Assembly: GCA_965644315.1 (NCBI GenBank)
Contig: CBFFRQ010000088.1
Span: 179,834 to 243,833 of the forward strand
Origin: Caecitellus pseudoparvulus
Lineage: Eukaryota > Protista > Bigyra: Bicosoecida
Length of the DNA stretch: 64,000 nucleotides
Reading direction: 5' to 3'
Positions 62,482 through 64,000 of the stretch are shown here, piece by piece. The notes beneath the pieces are model-generated. The model searched no databases. It was not told the origin of the DNA and saw only the letters and a program-made list of their open reading frames with translations. A program made the position numbers and the translations under genes. How positions within the stretch are numbered: position 1 is the stretch's first letter; each line of letters begins with the position of its first letter.

Positions 62482-62825
62482 CTACATACATAAATGTATG
62501 AGCTGCCGTGCCTCGGATTGCTGACGCAACCTGCGGCTAACACGGACTCAGAAGCGGACATAAATATATATATATCTACTAATCAGCTATAGATTCTATG
62601 AATACATACCCCGCATACAATATATTAATATATATTTATTTATATCAGAATCTATATTTTTAGATATATAATCAAAACAGTTAATGATATTATGCGATAG
62701 CGTAATATTATTAAATCCATATGATAAAGTTATAAAAACTCCCTTCTAATTACTATAAATATTATCAATACACAATATCTGTTATATAATACAGATACTA
62801 TATAAAAAAACTCTAAGAGACACCA

Positions 62826-63098
62826 AAGATACAGAACAACAGGAAAAACAGCTATTTTTTAAGATTTCATATAACCTTTTATCAATATGATATTTTCAGA
62901 TGTTATTTATGTTTTTGTGTAAGATTCATTGCAAATAATATAATACAAATATACTGTTGTAAAATACAGATACATAACAAACAAATTAAACAAGCTAACG
63001 AAGATACAGAACAACAGGAAAAACGGCTATATTTTGAGAATTTAGACAACCTTTAATCAATATGATATTTTCATATGTAATTTGTGTTGTTGTGTAAG
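62826..63098 (+). repeat. Two imperfect ~100-nt direct repeats, 175 nt apart
   Basis: 'aagatacagaacaacaggaaaaac...atcaatatgatattttca...tgtgtaag' begins at 62826 and again at 63001. Confidence 0.9.
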
Positions 63099-63257
63099 CT
63101 TTACATTACGATAAAAAAGAAAGAGAGAGGGACCAAACGAGCGAGACGAAACCATATATAATAATATCAAAAGAATCAGACATAGCGTGGGTGTGTGTGC
63201 GAATATATAATAAAAAACACTCTCTCACATTTTTAAAGGGTTTCAAGAAATATAATA

Positions 63258-63812
63258 ATGTCTAGGTCTATAATGTATATAATGAATTTTAATTTATATC
63301 AAAATATAATAATGTGTAATAATATAGAAGATGATATTTTATTAAATTGTTGTGAAAATATAGAATGCGTAAGAGATAAATTTATTCAAGCTACAAGATT
63401 TAGAGGGGCTGATAATTCAAAAATTACAATTGAAGATATTAAGAATATTAAAAAATCAGGCTTAACCATTGATTTAATAAAAAAGTTTGATGATGGTTAT
63501 TTAAATTTTGAAATATTTCATAAGTTTAAGAATTTTAGTATTGATTGGATTCTTAAATATCCTATGAGAGATTGGGACGCAGAAGGAATAGAAGAGAAAG
63601 AACATTTTTTTTATGATTTAATAGGAATACTTCCACATTTTAAATGGTCTTCTAATACGTTAAAAGAATATATACAAATTCTAAGACATAAAGAAAAACA
63701 CAAAAGGAAATATAAAAATGTTTTAGATGAATTAATAACGGTTGTATTTCATCCAGACAATGCTGAAAAACTAGGAATTTTTAACGAAATATGTAAAGAT
63801 GAATTTTTATAA
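63258..63812 (+). CDS. Hypothetical protein resembling large-DNA-virus W-repeat proteins
   Basis: 184 codons open in very AT-rich DNA. Short repeats 'TIDLIKKF', 'SIDWILKYPMRDWD', 'DLIGILPHFKWS' and a C-terminal 'ELITVVFHPDN'. Confidence 0.7.
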   Translation: MSRSIMYIMNFNLYQNIIMCNNIEDDILLNCCENIECVRDKFIQATRFRGADNSKITIEDIKNIKKSGLTIDLIKKFDDGYLNFEIFHKFKNFSIDWILKYPMRDWDAEGIEEKEHFFYDLIGILPHFKWSSNTLKEYIQILRHKEKHKRKYKNVLDELITVVFHPDNAEKLGIFNEICKDEFL

Positions 63813-64000
63813 GTATTATTTGATAATTAATATTTATAAAAAATGGATATTATGGCTTGATACAACGTTGATTTAGAGCTTTTTAAAAAATTACATCTTG
63901 ATATATTAAAAAGCTCTAGATTATTTTTTTCTTAAAACGAATTTATTTAAATCTAAAAAATAATTTAAAAAATAAATATTCTAAGTATAGCAATACGTAG

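Larger units (their letters stand above)
62482..64000. mobile_element. AT-rich virus-like segment (candidate endogenous virophage/Polinton-like virus or giant-virus DNA), left end
   Basis: Abrupt drop from GC-rich host DNA to roughly 20-25% GC (estimated from sampled lines). About 700 nt of non-coding terminal region with internal repeats, then an intronless AT-rich ORF. Confidence 0.55.

Noticed and set aside
62482-62500. Canonical Polinton terminus (AGT/AG repeats)
   Set aside because: The segment starts (a)ctacatacat, so the element class cannot be assigned from the terminus.
1-64000. tRNA or rRNA genes
   Set aside because: None recognised by eye. A tRNAscan/Infernal run would be needed to exclude them.

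Overview
Eukaryotic, GC-rich, gene-dense DNA from a flagellated protist. A heterotrophic stramenopile/bicosoecid-like host is my inference, not proven. Short GT-AG introns (about 66-96 nt) and very tight convergent gene ends are typical. Most of the window is housekeeping genes: RSPH10B-like, TrpA, SAE1, HVA22/REEP-like, Vps39/TGFBRAP1-like, importin-5, FEN1, SEM1, LCMT1, signal peptide peptidase, F-box/WD40 and an ATP4-like P-type ATPase. Three regions stand out. (1) A 15.8-kb uninterrupted multimodular type I PKS (12870-28643) with an unusual N-terminal methylmalonyl-CoA-epimerase-like VOC + FkbH + FkbM + ACP loading unit. It lies head-to-head with a candidate insect Gr/Or-like 7TM ion channel, next to a bacterial-type YdcZ/DMT transporter. 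(2) An ATP4-like pump with substituted ion-binding residues, and a UBR-box/La-like/pseudo-exonuclease/Zn-knuckle protein. (3) A nested mobile region at the right end: a Gly/RGG-repeat RRM gene runs into a hairpin-rich segment and an antisense non-LTR retrotransposon fragment. The fragment is cut just after the expected RT catalytic motif by an abruptly AT-rich, virus-like segment (candidate endogenous virophage/Polinton-like/giant-virus DNA) that runs off the window. All calls are by eye from motifs; no searches were run.
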